From Eledone cirrhosa (Eukaryota), in assembly GCA_964016885.1 (NCBI GenBank), contig OZ024743.1:275218001-275282000 (forward strand): 64,000 nucleotides of DNA, read 5' to 3'. A model generated the notes under the pieces. The model was not told the origin of the DNA. It searched no databases and worked only from the letters and a program-made list of their open reading frames with translations. Shown here piece after piece: positions 1 to 13,866 of the stretch; within the stretch, counting starts at the first letter, position 1; each line of letters starts with the position of its first letter. The position numbers were made by a program, and so were the translations under genes.

Positions 1-360
1 GATATAAACGGAGAAAGAGAAATCAACGTATAGACAAACAGAGAGTGAAAGAGCGAGTAGTCTGGCTGCTTTGAACCACTCCCTATATTAGACTGTCTCT
101 AAAGTTATAAACGGAGAAAGAGAAATCAACGTATAGACAAAGAGAGAGTGAAAGAGCAACGTATAGACAAAGAGAGAGTGCTATAAACGAAGAAAGAGAA
201 ATCAACGTATAGACAAAGAGTGAGTGAAAGAGCGAGTGTGAAATTTTTTTAATTAAAGATAATTTCAATAGAATTAGTATTCTCTCTTTAATTTAATATA
301 ATTTCAATAGAATTAGTAAATTCTCTCTTTAATTTAATATAATTTCAATAGAATTAGTAT
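1..360. repeat. Tandem repeats in the Helitron 5' region
   Basis: Recurring AAAGAGAAATCAACGTATAGACAAA units, then about 40-bp TAATTTCAATAGAATTAGTA units. Further 35-36 bp doublets lie at about 630-790. Confidence 0.8.
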
Positions 361-1051
361 AGTGTCTGTTTCACATTACTCCCCTTCCACTCCCATTACA
401 GGGAATTCTTTTTCAGCTAGCCCTTAACTAAGTGCTGTAATTTGCTATCTTCATTTCGTCTGTTCTTATTTTCCTGACCTGGACATAAACCAACAGCTTA
501 TCTTCCCTACCTTTATCTCTATAGAAGTTACTACTTATTTCTTCATCCTTTTCTTTTAGTCTATGTATCTATATAGAGTTTTTTCCTGTTTTTCATCATT
601 TCTCCATATACCGTTTCTGGGTTTCCTTTTTAATACCTTGGTGTTTTGATATTCTTAAAATATTATAATACCTTGGTGTTTTAATATTCTTAAAATATTA
701 TATCTCTCTTCCACTATTATCACTAGAATTTCTACTCTAGCTATCTTATAGCCAATCACTAGAATTTCTACTCTAGCTATCTTATAGCCACTAACTGCTG
801 TAATTTGATATCTTCATTTCGTCTGTCCTTATTTTCCTGACCTGGACTTACACCAGCAGCTTACCTTCCCTACCTTTATCTCTATAGAAGTTACTACTTA
901 TTTCTTCATACTTTGGTTTTATATTTTTAGTTTTATTACCCTACCACATAAACAATGATCACTTATAATACCATGATCCATTTTCCTTATATACTGTAAT
1001 TTTCTGATGAAGGACTGAGGTACGTGTTATTTTGTCTGAATAATTTGTATT

Positions 1052-1353
1052 ATTTTCACTCTGTTTTTACAATTGTTTATATCATCAATCAACACATACA
1101 TATTGGTTATGACTCCTTCTACATTTCGATTACATTGAGTTCTTCATACGTATTTCACACTACTGCTCATTTCGGTAGAGTGATTGTGATAAAATATTTT
1201 CCTTTATTTTCACTCTGTTTTTACAATTGTTTATATCATCAATCAACACATACATATTGGTTATGACTCCTTCTACATTTCGATTACATTGAGTTCTTCA
1301 TACGTATTTCACACTACTTCTCATTTCGGTAGAGTGATTGTGATAAAATATTT
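1052..1353. repeat. About 155-bp tandem duplication immediately upstream of the RepHel ATG
   Basis: ATTTTCACTCTGTTTTTACAATTG...GATAAAATATTTT occurs twice, nearly identical. Confidence 0.9.
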
Positions 1354-1364
1354 TCTATTCAATT

Positions 1365-4300
1365 ATGCCTCCCAAACGACGAGCGATTGGTCAATCTACC
1401 CCTCAAGCAACGAAAAAATATGCATTACGAGCTTCAGAAACATACGAGCAACGGGAATCACGATTGGAAACCGTTCGAGTAAGAACTGCTCAAGCCCGTT
1501 CATCTGAAACAGACGAGCAACGGGAAGCAAGATTGCAAACCGTTCGAGTAAGAACTGCTCAAGCCCGTTCATCTGAAACAGACGAGCAACGGAAAGCAAG
1601 ATTGGAAACGAATCGACTACGCAATGCTCTCACAAGAAGAATACTGCACGATGATTTCAATCTTGGTGCATTTCATTACGATTCAAATTGTGATTACAGT
1701 CTTCATCCAAGTGTGATTATTGGAAAAATGGATAAATTATGCGGGTATTGTGGTGCCCTCAAATTTAAAAATGAAACACCAGGAATGTGCTGCTCGGGTG
1801 GAAAAGTGAAATTGCCAGAATTACATCCACCACCTGAACCATTATCAACGTTAGTATCAGGTGACACAAGCGAATCTAAACATTTCTTGGCAAACATACG
1901 CAAGTACAATTCATGTTTCCAAATGACATCGTTCGGTGCAACAAATATCGTGCGCGAGAATCACATGCCAACATTCAAAGTGCAAGGGCAAATTTATCAT
2001 CGTGCTGGAACACTACTACCACTGCCGGACGCAGATCACAAATTTCTTCAAATTTATTTCATGGGAAACACTGATGACCAAATAGATCAACGTTGCAAAT
2101 TCAATAGGGGAACTAAACGAGAAATTGTTACTGCATTACAAACTTTATTCAATCAACACAACAAATTAATTAGATTGTTCAGAGCTGCCCTGGAACAAAT
2201 GCCAAATGATGACTACACAATTGTAGTTAGAGCAGACAAAACACCTGTTGGCCAACATCAAAGACAGTACAATGCACCAACAATTGATGAAGTGGCGATC
2301 GTTATAGTAGGTGAAGAATTTAACTCGCGTGATATAATTCTTCACCGCAGAAATGGTGATGTTCAGCGAGTCTCAGAAACGCATCGGTCATACGATGGTT
2401 TGCAATATCCGATTTTATTTTGGCAAGGAGAAGATGGATATCATTTCAACATCAAACTGAGAAATCCAGAAACAGATGACGAAACGAATAAGAAAGTCAG
2501 TGCCATGAATTATTATTCATATAGATTAATGATTCGTGAAAACGGTGAAAATCATATTTTGAAATGTCGACAATTGTTCCATCAATACATTGTCGATATG
2601 TATGCACAAATCGAAACCGAACGACTTCTCTACATTCGATTGAATCAAACCAAGCTACGTTCAGAAGAGTACATTCATTTACGTGATGCCATTCTTAATG
2701 ATGGCAATATGAATCCTAATGAATTGGGGAAAATGGTCATACTGCCGGCTACATTTACAGGGAGCCCACGGCACATGCATGAATACGCACAAGATGCAAT
2801 GACATATGTTCGCGCATATGGCCGTCCAGATTTGTTCATTACATTCACATGCAATCCTACGTGGGATGAAATTAAAGAACTTTTGTTACCTGGTCAATCA
2901 TCTTCGGATCGTCATGATATTACAGCGCGTGTGTTCAAACAAAAATTGAAATCTTTAATCGATTTCATTGTCAAGCATCATGTTTTTGGAGAGACACGCT
3001 GTTGGATGTATTCCATTGAATGGCAAAAAAGAGGATTGCCACATGCACACATTTTGATTTGGTTGATTGAAAAAGTCACACCAGATCAAATTGATCAAAT
3101 CATCTCAGCAGAAATGCCAGATGTCGACGTTGATCCAGACTTATTTGAAGTCATCACTAAAAACATGATTCATGGTCCATGTGGCTTACTCAACAACAAT
3201 TCACCATGCATGTCTGATGGGAAATGCACGAAACAATACCCAAAAGACTTACTTGCCGACACTATCACTGGCAATGATGGATATCCACTCTATCGTCGAC
3301 GAGCAACTGAAGATGGCGGCAAATCCATCACTTTAAAAGTACGAAACAATTATGTTGAAGTCAATAATCGTTGGATTGTACCATATTCACCGTTACTCTC
3401 GAAGACGTTCAAAGCACACATCAATGTCGAGTATTGCAATTCGGTGAAAGCGATCAAGTACATTTGCAAATATATCAACAAAGGAAGCGATATGGCAGTC
3501 TTTGGAGTGTGCAATGCAACTACACCTATCGATGAAATCGACCAATACCAACTGGGACGCTACATTAGTAGTAATGAAGCAGTATGGCGCATTTTATCAT
3601 TTCCAATCCATCATCGACATCCAACAGTTGTTCATTTGGCGGTGCACCTTGAAAATGGACAGCGCGTATACTTCACAACTGAAAATGTACGTGCAAGGGC
3701 ACTGACACCACCGCCAACAACGTTAACTGCGTTTTTCTCATTGTGCAGCGAAGATGTGTTTGCAAAGACACTACTTTATTCTGAAGTGCCAACATATTAC
3801 ACATGGAATACACCAACGAAAAAGTTTAAACGTCGCAAACAGGGTAAAGTAGTTGAAGGACATCCAAATTTATATTCGACCGATGCGTTAGGCCGTTTGT
3901 ACACTGTTCACCCAAATAATGCAGAATGCTTTTATTTGCGATTGTTGTTAATTAACATACGTGGACCGACATCATTCCAAGAATTGAGAACAGTAAACGG
4001 TCAAGTATGTGCCACTTATCGTGAAGCTTGCCAAGAATTAAATCTTCTTGAAAATGATGGACATTGGGACACTTCACTCGCTGATGCATCGAATACTGCT
4101 CGACCACAGCAAATACGCACGTTATTCTCAATAATATTGACAACGTGCTTCCCATCAAATCCAAAAGATCTTTGGGAAAAATATAAAGACTACATGAGTG
4201 AAGACATCCTACATCGTTTGCGTGCAACAAATCAAAATATGAATATTCAATTCACACAAAATGTGTATAATGAAGCATTGGTTTCCATTGAGGTCATATG

Positions 4301-5815
4301 TTTAGCAATCGCTAACAAAACATTGGTACAATTGGAATGCCTGCGCCGAATCGATCTGTAAACGACATTTTCGATCGTGATTTGCAACGAGAAACAAACT
4401 TTGATGTCGCCGAATTGGGTACATTTGTTCAAACGAATCTTCCCAAATTGCTACCAGAACAACGCATAGTATATGACCAAATTATGCAGGCAATTATAAG
4501 TCAAAGCGGCGGATTGTATTTTATAGATGCGCCCGGTGGTACAGACAAAACTTTTCTCATTTCACTTATTTTGGCAACTATACGATCAGAAAATAATATT
4601 GCACTGGCAATCGCATCATCTGGAATTGCGGCAACTCTTTTAGATGGTGGCCGAACAGCACATTCAGCCCTGAAATTGCCATTGAATATGCAAATCGCTG
4701 AGACATCAACATGCAATATTACCAAAAATTCTGGTATAGGTAAAGTACTCCAATCATGTAAAATCATTATATGGGACGAATGTACTATGGCGCACAAAAC
4801 ATCATTGGAAGCGCTTAATAATACGCTAAAAGATTTGAAAGGAAATGAACAGCTCTTCGGTGGCACACTCATTTTATTGTCTGGTGATTTTCGACAAACT
4901 CTACCAGTTATACCGCGATCAACACCCGCTGATGAGCTTAATGGATGTCTCAAATCATCAGTTTTATGGCGACACGTACAGAAATTAACTTTAAAAAACA
5001 ATATGCGTGTACAACTACAAAATGACGCATCCGCTGAACGTTTCACAAAACAATTGCTGGATATTGGGAATGGGAAAATGGTAATCGATGATTCCACAAA
5101 ATGTATCACATTGCCAACAAACTTCTGTAGAATCACGGCAACCAGAGACGAACTGATTCACAAAGTGTTCCCAAATATTGCGCAGCATTACAAAAATCAT
5201 CAGTGGCTCAGTGTACGTGCTATATTAGCAGCCAAAAACACCGATGTCAATGCCATTAATTTCAGCATTTAAAACGAAATACCAGGCGAAGCGACAACGT
5301 ATAAGTCCATCGATACTGTAATGAATCAAGACGAAATTATCAATTATCCAATTGAATTCTTGAATTCACTTGATTTGCCAGGCATGCCACCGCACATTTT
5401 AACATTGAAAATTGGCGTGCCTATCATCCTTCTCCGAAACATCAATCCACCACAACTTTGCAACAGTACCAGACTTTCAGTGAAAAAGACGATGAACAAT
5501 ATCATCGAGGCTACAATTTTAAATGGAAAATTTAAAGGAGAAGATGTACTCTTGCCACGCATCCCAATCATTCCAACAGATACGCCATTCGATTTCAAAC
5601 GTTTGCAGTTTCCGGTGCGACTCGCCTTTGCAATGACTATCAACAAAGCACAAGGACAATCGCTACAAGTGTGTGGACTAAATTTAGAAAATCCATGCTT
5701 CTCACATGGACAGCTGTATGTGGCTTGCTCACGCGTCGGTAAACCTTCTGATTTATTCGTGTACGCACCAGAAGGAAAAACAAAAAACATTGTGTATCCA
5801 AAAGCACTTCAGTAA
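1365..5815 (+). pseudogene. Helitron Rep-helicase (HUH Y2 nuclease plus PIF1-family helicase), disrupted
   Basis: Zn motif CGYC..CC; Rep motifs PDLFITFTCNP, EWQKRGLPHAH and YICKY; helicase motifs APGGTDKT, DECTM, GDFRQ, TINKAQGQS and HGQLYVACSR. 1-bp frameshift near 4335 and in-frame TAA at 5270-5272. Confidence 0.95.
1437..1622 (+). repeat. 69-bp coding repeats giving 23-aa ETxEQRxxRL (STPR-type) repeats
   Basis: ETYEQRESRL.., ETDEQREARL.. and ETDEQRKARL at exact 23-aa spacing. Confidence 0.8.
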
Positions 5816-6030
5816 AACAAATTAAATGTTCTTATAACGAATTTTCTTTAAATTCGTCAGTCATTCAGTCATTTAAAGATAAATGTTAAAATCTAAAAAA
5901 TAGAAACTAAATTACAGAAGTTTTTAAATAACGATTAAAATGTTAATATTATTCTTTTCTAAATAAGCTTTTTAACACTGAGCGAAGCCGGGTAGCTCCG
6001 CTAGTATATATATATATATATATATATATA

Positions 6031-6158
6031 TCGTTTCTGAATTTGTTTAGCAAGATTCTTTATCTGAAAACGTCCGGTTATTGAACCAACCAACCAATCG
6101 GAAATTTATAAATTTAATTTATAATAAATTGGAGTGAAAGCAACTGGTGCGTGTGTTT

Positions 6159-6162
<4 letters not shown>
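6031..6162. mobile_element. Two-piece inverted fragment of the PLE-tail family seen at 11249-12033
   Basis: First part matches about 11249-11287; second part matches the opposite orientation (about 11890-11998). Flanked by (TA)n. Confidence 0.7.
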
Positions 6163-6212
<50 letters not shown>

Positions 6213-6215
6213 GGC

Positions 6216-6596
6216 AACAATACCTTAACATCAGTATAAGCTGCCGGTTACAACTGGTTTGAACAGAAAGAGGTGAGAGATTTTTGGCCGGATACGGTTA
6301 GTTTAAATGCTAAAGGGTTAATGAAGTTTTATCACGATCTGATGTGCTAAACCTAATCGATCGTCCGGTTTAACGCCACCACATATTCCTTGGCTGTCGT
6401 TAGTGGCGTCGCCTATGTTGCAAGTATTTGGGCCATTCTGGCTTGAGGAAATCTTCCCCCATCCCTCCTTCGGATCCTGATAAAACTTCATTAACCCTTT
6501 AGCATTTAAACTGGCCGTACCCGGCCCAAATCCTCACACCTCTTTCTGTTCAGCCCGGCTGTAACCGGCAGCTTATACTAATGTTAAGGTATTGTT
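6216..6596. repeat. About 125-bp imperfect inverted repeat containing piggyBac-like TTAACCCTTTAGCAT ends
   Basis: Arms 6216-6341 and 6471-6596. ATGCTAAAGGGTTAA at 6307-6321 and TTAACCCTTTAGCAT at 6491-6505. Confidence 0.75.
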
Positions 6597-6977
6597 CTCA
6601 AAATATATAATATCAAAATCTTATAGATTTGTCTTAGAGACACCGCCAAAGAGCCATAGGTTCCGACCTTTCTCCAGAATAAACAGTAAAGAATATTTGG
6701 ATGCAATATTCTTTTGATTTCATTTTTGCATATTGTTTTTCTTTCTTTGTTTGTTGTTTTTTTGTGTGTGTGTGTCATGTGTGTGTGTGTGTGTGTGTAT
6801 GTATGTGTGTATGGGATTTTTTAAAATGTTTCCCTGCAATTTATGATATAAATTTATTTGTTTTTTATGCTATTGTGTTGTTGTCTTATTGATGTTGTTG
6901 TTGCTGTTTCTTCGATATTTATTCATTATTGAAAACAAGCCTCACAGCTACGGGAATCTATTTTGTTGGAATAGTTC

Positions 6978-8180
6978 CATCACAACCAATACCATCACCA
7001 TCACCATCACCAGCATCAACAACAGCATCAATATAACACCAGTACCAACACTAACAACATCATCAGCACCATCACCAATACCATCACCAACACCCGCACC
7101 ATCGCCAGCACCATCATGAATACCATCACCATCACCAACACCATCACCAACACCATCACCATCACCATCACCGACAACAACACCAACATTAACACCAACA
7201 CCAGCACGACCACCAGTACATCAAACACCATCACCATCATCACCAACAACACCAACAACAACATCACCGACAACAACACCAACACCAACACCAACACCAG
7301 TCCCACCACCAGTACATCAAACACCAACACCATCACCAACATAAACACCATCATCATCACCAACAACACTAACATGAACACGATCACCAACACAGTCACC
7401 ATCACCATCACCATCACCACCAACAACACTAACATTAACACCAACACCAGCACCACCACTAATACAACATGCACCACCATCATCACCAACAACAAAACCA
7501 TCACCATCACCAACACAATCATTATCCCCATCACCATCACCACCACCATCATCATCACCAACAACAAGACCAACATTAACACCAATACCATCACCATCAC
7601 TATCACCAACACCACCACCATCACCATCGCCAACAACAACACCAATATTAACACCAACACCAGCACCAGCACCAGTACAACAAACACCATCATCATCACC
7701 AACAACAACACCAACATTAAGACCATCACCACCACCATCACCATCACCAACATTAACACCAACACCACCACCAGAACATCAAACACCACCATCATCACCA
7801 ACAACAACACCAACATTAACACCAACACCAACACCACCACCAGTACATCAAACACCACCATCATCACCAACAACACCAACATTAACACCAACACCAACAC
7901 CACCACCAGTACATCAAACACCACCATCATCACCAACAACACCAACATTAACACCAACACCAACACCACCACCAGTACATCAAACACCATCACCATCACC
8001 AACACCAACATTAACACCAACACCAACACCACCACCAGTACATCAAACACCATCACCATCACCAACACCAACATTAACACCAACACCAACACCACCACCA
8101 GTACATCAAACACCATCACCATCACCAACAACAACAACAACAACAACATTAACACCATCACCAACAACAGCATCAACGCT
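6978..8180. repeat. ACC/AAC/ATC trinucleotide-derived minisatellite
   Basis: Higher-order units of about 60 bp anchored by AGTACATCAAACACC. Confidence 0.9.
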
Positions 8181-8524
8181 GCTTAACCATTTAACTATTC
8201 GTTCTGTCATTTTCCGCCATTTAATATTCAAAAATTATTTTTTTTAGTTTTTTAGTTTATTTTTTTTCGGTGGTTAGGGGTCCATCGTTCTAAAAAAACT
8301 GGTGTATACAATCCGGTGTAGTGAAGCAGAATTGTGGTTAGGTGGAGAAAGGGAGGGGGCAATAGGAAGGATCGAAGGAAGATAAAATGAAAGACAATGC
8401 AAATAAAAGTATACGGTAAATGGATGACGGAGAGAGGGGGGGGGGGGAGAAAGAGGCGGGAAAAGAAATGAAAGAGAGATGGAAAACGCACGAAAAAGAG
8501 ATATACAAACAGGTAAAGCAAACA

Positions 8525-8525
8525 T

Positions 8526-8619
<94 letters not shown>

Positions 8620-8620
8620 T
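8525..8620. repeat. (GATA)n microsatellite, representative of the dozens of TA/CA/GA/TATG tracts
   Basis: Direct inspection. Confidence 0.95.
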
Positions 8621-9231
8621 GAGACAGATAGAGACAGACAGAGAGAGAGGGGGGAGAGAGACTGACAGACAGACATACAGTACACTACAGATAGATACAT
8701 AGATAGATTGATTGATAGACACATAGAGAGAGTGATAGAGAGAGAGAATCAGTCAGACAGATACACACAGACACACACACAGAGATAGATAGATAGTTAG
8801 ATAGATAGATAAATAATTAGACAGATAGGTAGAGAGAGAGAGTGTGTGTGTGTGTATATGTGGTGGCGGGGTTTTAATAAGACGAAAGGAAAGCAACTGT
8901 TTACTAAGAAATTGAGAGAGAGAGAGCATGTGTAAGAAAAAATAACGTTAAAGTACATCACTCTGTTGTACACCACTCAGTGTTGTGTTGTGACTCATAT
9001 AGAAATGTACTGCTCCACCTTGCATTCACATTTACACCAATGATTGCCTTACTTCTATTGCCTTATGTATGTATTTGTGTGTATGAATTGATGCATGCAT
9101 GTATGTATGTATTTATATATATATGTATGTGTATATATATATGTATTTATATATATATGTATGTGTATGTATATATGTATTTATATATATATGTATGTGT
9201 ATGTGTGTATGTATGTGTGTATGAAATTATG

Positions 9232-9274
<43 letters not shown>

Positions 9275-9611
9275 TTATGTATACATGTAGGTATGTATGT
9301 GTGTATGTATGCATGAATATATGTGTATATTTATGTGTGTATGAATTTATGTATATATATATATATGTGTGTGTATACATGTATGTATGTATGTATGTGC
9401 ATGTATGTGTATGTATGTATGCATGTATGTATATTGTATGTACATATTTAATGTATGTTTATACGTATTTATGTATGTATATATATGCATGTATTTATTT
9501 ATGTATGTATGTATATGTATGTATATGTATGTATGTATATGTATGTATGTATATGTATGTATATATGTATGTATGTATATGTATGTATGCACATATATAT
9601 ATATATATATT

Positions 9612-9682
<71 letters not shown>

Positions 9683-10070
9683 ATATATGTATATGTATGT
9701 ACCACCAATGTATATTCACTAGCATAGCAAATATTGTGAATACTCTTAATTATCTGTGATGGTTAGAGAGGTAGAGAGAAAGTGTGAGAGTATGTGTGCG
9801 TAACAGAGAGAAAGCGAGAGAGAGACAAACAGAGAAAGAGAGAGAAATAGAGAGAGAGAGTAAGTGAGAGAAATATGGAGAGATAGAGAGAGAAGGGAGA
9901 TGGGGAAAGAGGGAGGTGAAAAAGGCTGGAGGTGAAAAAAATGGTAACAAGAAATCATAAAACTTCGTTAACTTGCTCTCATAAACACACACTTACTCTC
10001 TCTTTCCTCCCTCTCTATCAATTCCTCTCTCTCTCCATCTCTCCCTCACTATATATATATATATATATAT

Positions 10071-10136
<66 letters not shown>

Positions 10137-10138
<2 letters not shown>

Positions 10139-10338
10139 CGAAGGAAATGTGGTAAGGAACCAGGTGGACCATAACGCACCAAAGTACTCAATACTTGAGG
10201 TAGTAGAGTGGGTAATAGGAACCAGTAAGACCCCGACAGCTGAGCTCAAGCCGTTTCGACGGCTAATTCTGGACGGCTAATCCAGTCCAGAATTAGCCGT
10301 CGAAACGGCTTGAGCTCAGCTGTCGGGTCTTACTGGTT

Positions 10339-10343
<5 letters not shown>
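10137..10343. mobile_element. Family A short (TA)n-inserted element with the 3' part of an HHR; fold-back copy
   Basis: Starts AACGAAGGAAATGTGGTAAGG with an inverted arm at 10285-10343. Related copies at 12276, 33758, 36098 and 50374. Confidence 0.85.
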
Positions 10344-10412
<69 letters not shown>

Positions 10413-10465
10413 AATATATGTACATATGTATACATATACATACATATACATATACATTTATACAT

Positions 10466-10526
<61 letters not shown>

Positions 10527-10580
10527 TGTATGTATGTATGTATGTATGTATGTATCACTCAGTATTGATGGTTATAGATA

Positions 10581-10875
10581 TCTTTCTTTATTTGCCACAG
10601 GGGCGTACAAAAATGGGACATTACAAGACGTGACGGCGGGGGTTTTACATAAAAATAACTTTAACATTAATAAATAACAATAAACTATATATAATAAAAT
10701 AACAATTGAAATCCCCAGTAGGGGGGAACGTTACTGCAGGGTTGTTTTACACCGCCGTGGATAGAACAACCCTCAAAGACCAGGAACACGTTTTGTAGGT
10801 GTTCCTGTCTTCCCTCTGTTTATCTTCCTCAACCTACAGGCTTATATACAGAGAAGGCCCATTCACTCGGGCCAT
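10581..10875 (-). mobile_element. 5'-truncated non-LTR retrotransposon 3' end (L1/Tx1-like) with 16-bp TSD
   Basis: TTGATGGTTATAGATA at 10565-10580 and 10876-10891. Minus-strand AATAAA at the element end. Confidence 0.7.
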
Positions 10876-11154
10876 TTGATGGTTATAGATAGAAGTGTGA
10901 ATAGAAAGCTATGCCGACTAAAAATTATAAAACATCTTTCTTTCACACATTTTATCTCTTTACCTACCTTCTTTTCTATTATCTATCTATCTTCTACTAT
11001 ATATATATATATGTGAGAAAAATCACAGACCCTCCATCTCAACTCTACTTTTGAAAAGCAGAAGAACTGCGAAACCGGTAAAGGAACCAAATAAATATAT
11101 ATATATTTTTTTTAAATAAGACTGCAGTTGCATTTTCGATTTCATCTTTTTTTC

Positions 11155-11248
<94 letters not shown>

Positions 11249-11249
<1 letters not shown>

Positions 11250-12024
11250 CGTTTCTGAATTTGTTTAGCAAGATTCTTTATCTGAAATCGTGTGTTGAAA
11301 CCGATATTGTTATACTTTGGGGGGGGGGGGGGGGGTCATGTTGCCAATAAGAAACACACGCACCAGTTGCTTTCACTTCAATTTATTATAATAAATTCAT
11401 AATAAATTTATAAATTTATAAATTTCTGGTTGGTTGGTTGGTTCCACAACCAGATAGTTGTTTATATATAGTCATAGCTCTTTCGTCACACACTCTGTGA
11501 CCTCTTCAGAATCTACACACAGAAAAGACGCAATGTTTAGACAAATTACAGAGGCAATAAACATAAAAGAATTACAACCAAAATTAAATAGAAAATATGA
11601 GTGGAACAGCAACATCACAACTTACAATTAAGGACAAAATGAAAAAACACACACACATAGAACAAACAACCAACCAGTAACATGTAAATAAACAAATAAA
11701 TAAATGAACATAAACATACACAGACACCCGCATGTGGCGCATGCGCAGACTGAGCACACAACACACACACAGAAACAAAATGGCGTAGGACAGAACAAAG
11801 GAGAGGCACAGAAACAAAGAAAGGAATCCCCAGTCACTGAAGAGGTCACAGAGTGTGTGACGAAAGAACTATGACTATATATAAACAACTATCTGGTTGT
11901 GGAACCAACCAACCAACCAGAAATTTATAAATTTATAAATTTATTATAAATTTATTATAATAAATTGAAGTGAAAGCAACTGGTGCGTGTGTTTCTTATT
12001 GGCAACATGACCCTCCCAAAGTAT

Positions 12025-12033
<9 letters not shown>
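11249..12033. mobile_element. PLE terminal region with about 200-bp inverted arms and an HHR
   Basis: Arms about 11304-11509 and 11837-12033. Similar to the tail of the GIY-YIG element at 41866-41990; flanked by (TA)n. Confidence 0.8.
11832..11876 (+). ncRNA. Minimal type I hammerhead ribozyme
   Basis: AGTCA-CTGAAGA-g-GTCAC/GTGAC-GAAA-gaac-TA-TGACT; stem I is AGTCA/TGACT. Confidence 0.75.
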
Positions 12034-12065
<32 letters not shown>

Positions 12066-12087
12066 CTTATATATATATATATAGAAT

Positions 12088-12185
12088 ATATTAATAAATG
12101 GAAACTATATTTATAAAACCATACTTGTTGAGTGCTTTATATCAGTTATAAAAATGTTTATTATAATTAAATATAACCTCTGCAT
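12088..12185. mobile_element. Two-piece inverted fragment of the 13603-13970 family
   Basis: 12088-12122 matches 13700-13735 directly; 12123-12185 is the reverse complement of about 13603-13680. Confidence 0.75.
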
Positions 12186-12275
12186 ATATATATATATGTA
12201 TATATATGTATATATATATATATATATGTATATATATGTATATATATATTTATATATATATATATATATATATAT

Positions 12276-12425
12276 AACGAAGGAAATGTGGTAAGGAACC
12301 AGGTGGACCATAACGCACCAAAGTACTCAATACTTAGGGTAGTAGAGTGGGTAATAGGAACAAGTAATTAGCCCAGAATTAGCCGTCGAAACGGCTTGAG
12401 CTCAGCCGCCGGGGTCTTACTTGTT

Positions 12426-12430
<5 letters not shown>
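12276..12430. mobile_element. Family A copy with internal inversion
   Basis: Same terminus as 10137; inverted arm ends TTCCTAT into (TA)n. Confidence 0.85.
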
Positions 12431-12524
<94 letters not shown>

Positions 12525-12525
12525 A

Positions 12526-12586
<61 letters not shown>

Positions 12587-12906
12587 GTAGGTCCCGGGTT
12601 GAGTCGGGGATAACCACAGTAAGTAAGGTACTCAATACAAGGAAGTTGAAAAAAACTTACCTCTTAATTTTAAATCTTTGATTTTTAGTTTTTAATTCTT
12701 ATTAATTCTTTTTAATTGTAATACTCAACATTTGATAAGATGAATTTTACTAGTACATCGAAACGTGTAATACTTTATATACTTTATATACATTAAAATA
12801 AAAATCCCCCTCATTTTTTGAATAATGTCACTTTGACGAATCAAAGAAAGGAAAAAAAAAAGAAAAACAGACCCTAAAATATATTTTCCGTGCTATTTCC
12901 AACTTC

Positions 12907-13015
<109 letters not shown>

Positions 13016-13487
13016 TAACGACTCCGTTAATTTATCGTGATATTTCGCTCCTTATAACAGTCTTTCCTCTCTCTCTGTTTGGTTGAGCACACTTCTTTGA
13101 GTGGTTTTTGGGCTGCCCTTTCTAGCAGCTCGTCCCTCAGATACCACTGGTTCACTGCCCTAAACACGCTGTGACATCTCTCTGCCGCGTGTAGCTGGAC
13201 AGTCGCTTTAGATTCTCTTAGAGTTGTCTGGAATGTATAGTCTTGCACGCTGATGAACCATAGGCGATTCCATTTCAGTCAACAACTTCCTGGAGAAACA
13301 GTTCTCTTTGGATTTGTACTCGTGTGTTATATAGTTATAGAGGTGTGTATATACATTTTAATTTATATTTTTAATTATTGTGTCTACCCTGCCTTCCATA
13401 GATTATAGATTCCATACACTGGTGGTTTTCCCTGTTTTATTGATAACACACTATTTCTCTCTAGTGTGTTACCGTTTCAACATATTG

Positions 13488-13528
<41 letters not shown>

Positions 13529-13542
13529 CATATGTATATATA

Positions 13543-13606
<64 letters not shown>

Positions 13607-13737
13607 GAGGTTATATTTAATTTGTTGGGATTCAACAACCTTAAAAATGTTTATAACTGATATAAAGCACTCAATAAGTTAGTGGGGTAAATACACAAGA
13701 TATTAATAAATGGAAACTATATTTATAAAACCATATT

Positions 13738-13803
13738 TATTTTATTATATATATTTCAAGGGCAACCAGGGCAAATTATGGTGCGCTTTCATCAGATAAA
13801 ATA
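13738..13803 (-). ncRNA. Minimal type I hammerhead ribozyme
   Basis: Reverse complement of 13867-13932. Confidence 0.7.
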
Positions 13804-13866
13804 CAGATTTGTTTTATAAATAAATATTGACATACCCGGAAAATATTTATTTATAAAACAAATCTG

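Larger units (their letters stand above)
1..6004 (+). mobile_element. Autonomous-type Helitron; 5' end not identified, probably upstream of the window
   Basis: Rep-helicase frame preceded by tandem-repeat-rich DNA. Ends with a GCGAAGC-centred degenerate hairpin (5982-5988) and CTAG (6001-6004), followed by T and (TA)n. Confidence 0.9.

Noticed and set aside
1004-1040. CTGATGAaggac...gtctGAAT inside the Helitron
   Set aside because: No GAAA and no convincing stem I or III; at best a relic.
4501-5790. Minus-strand ORFs of 211 and 148 aa
   Set aside because: Antisense shadows of the helicase frame.
7028-8186. 382-aa Val/Leu/Met and 356-aa Thr/Asn ORFs
   Set aside because: Stop-free readings of a trinucleotide minisatellite, with no domain or convincing splice context.
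12729-12772. Degenerate HHR-like motifs here and at about 13250, 16305, 49717 and 54212
   Set aside because: Core mutations or missing stem I; likely decayed tails and not called as ribozymes.
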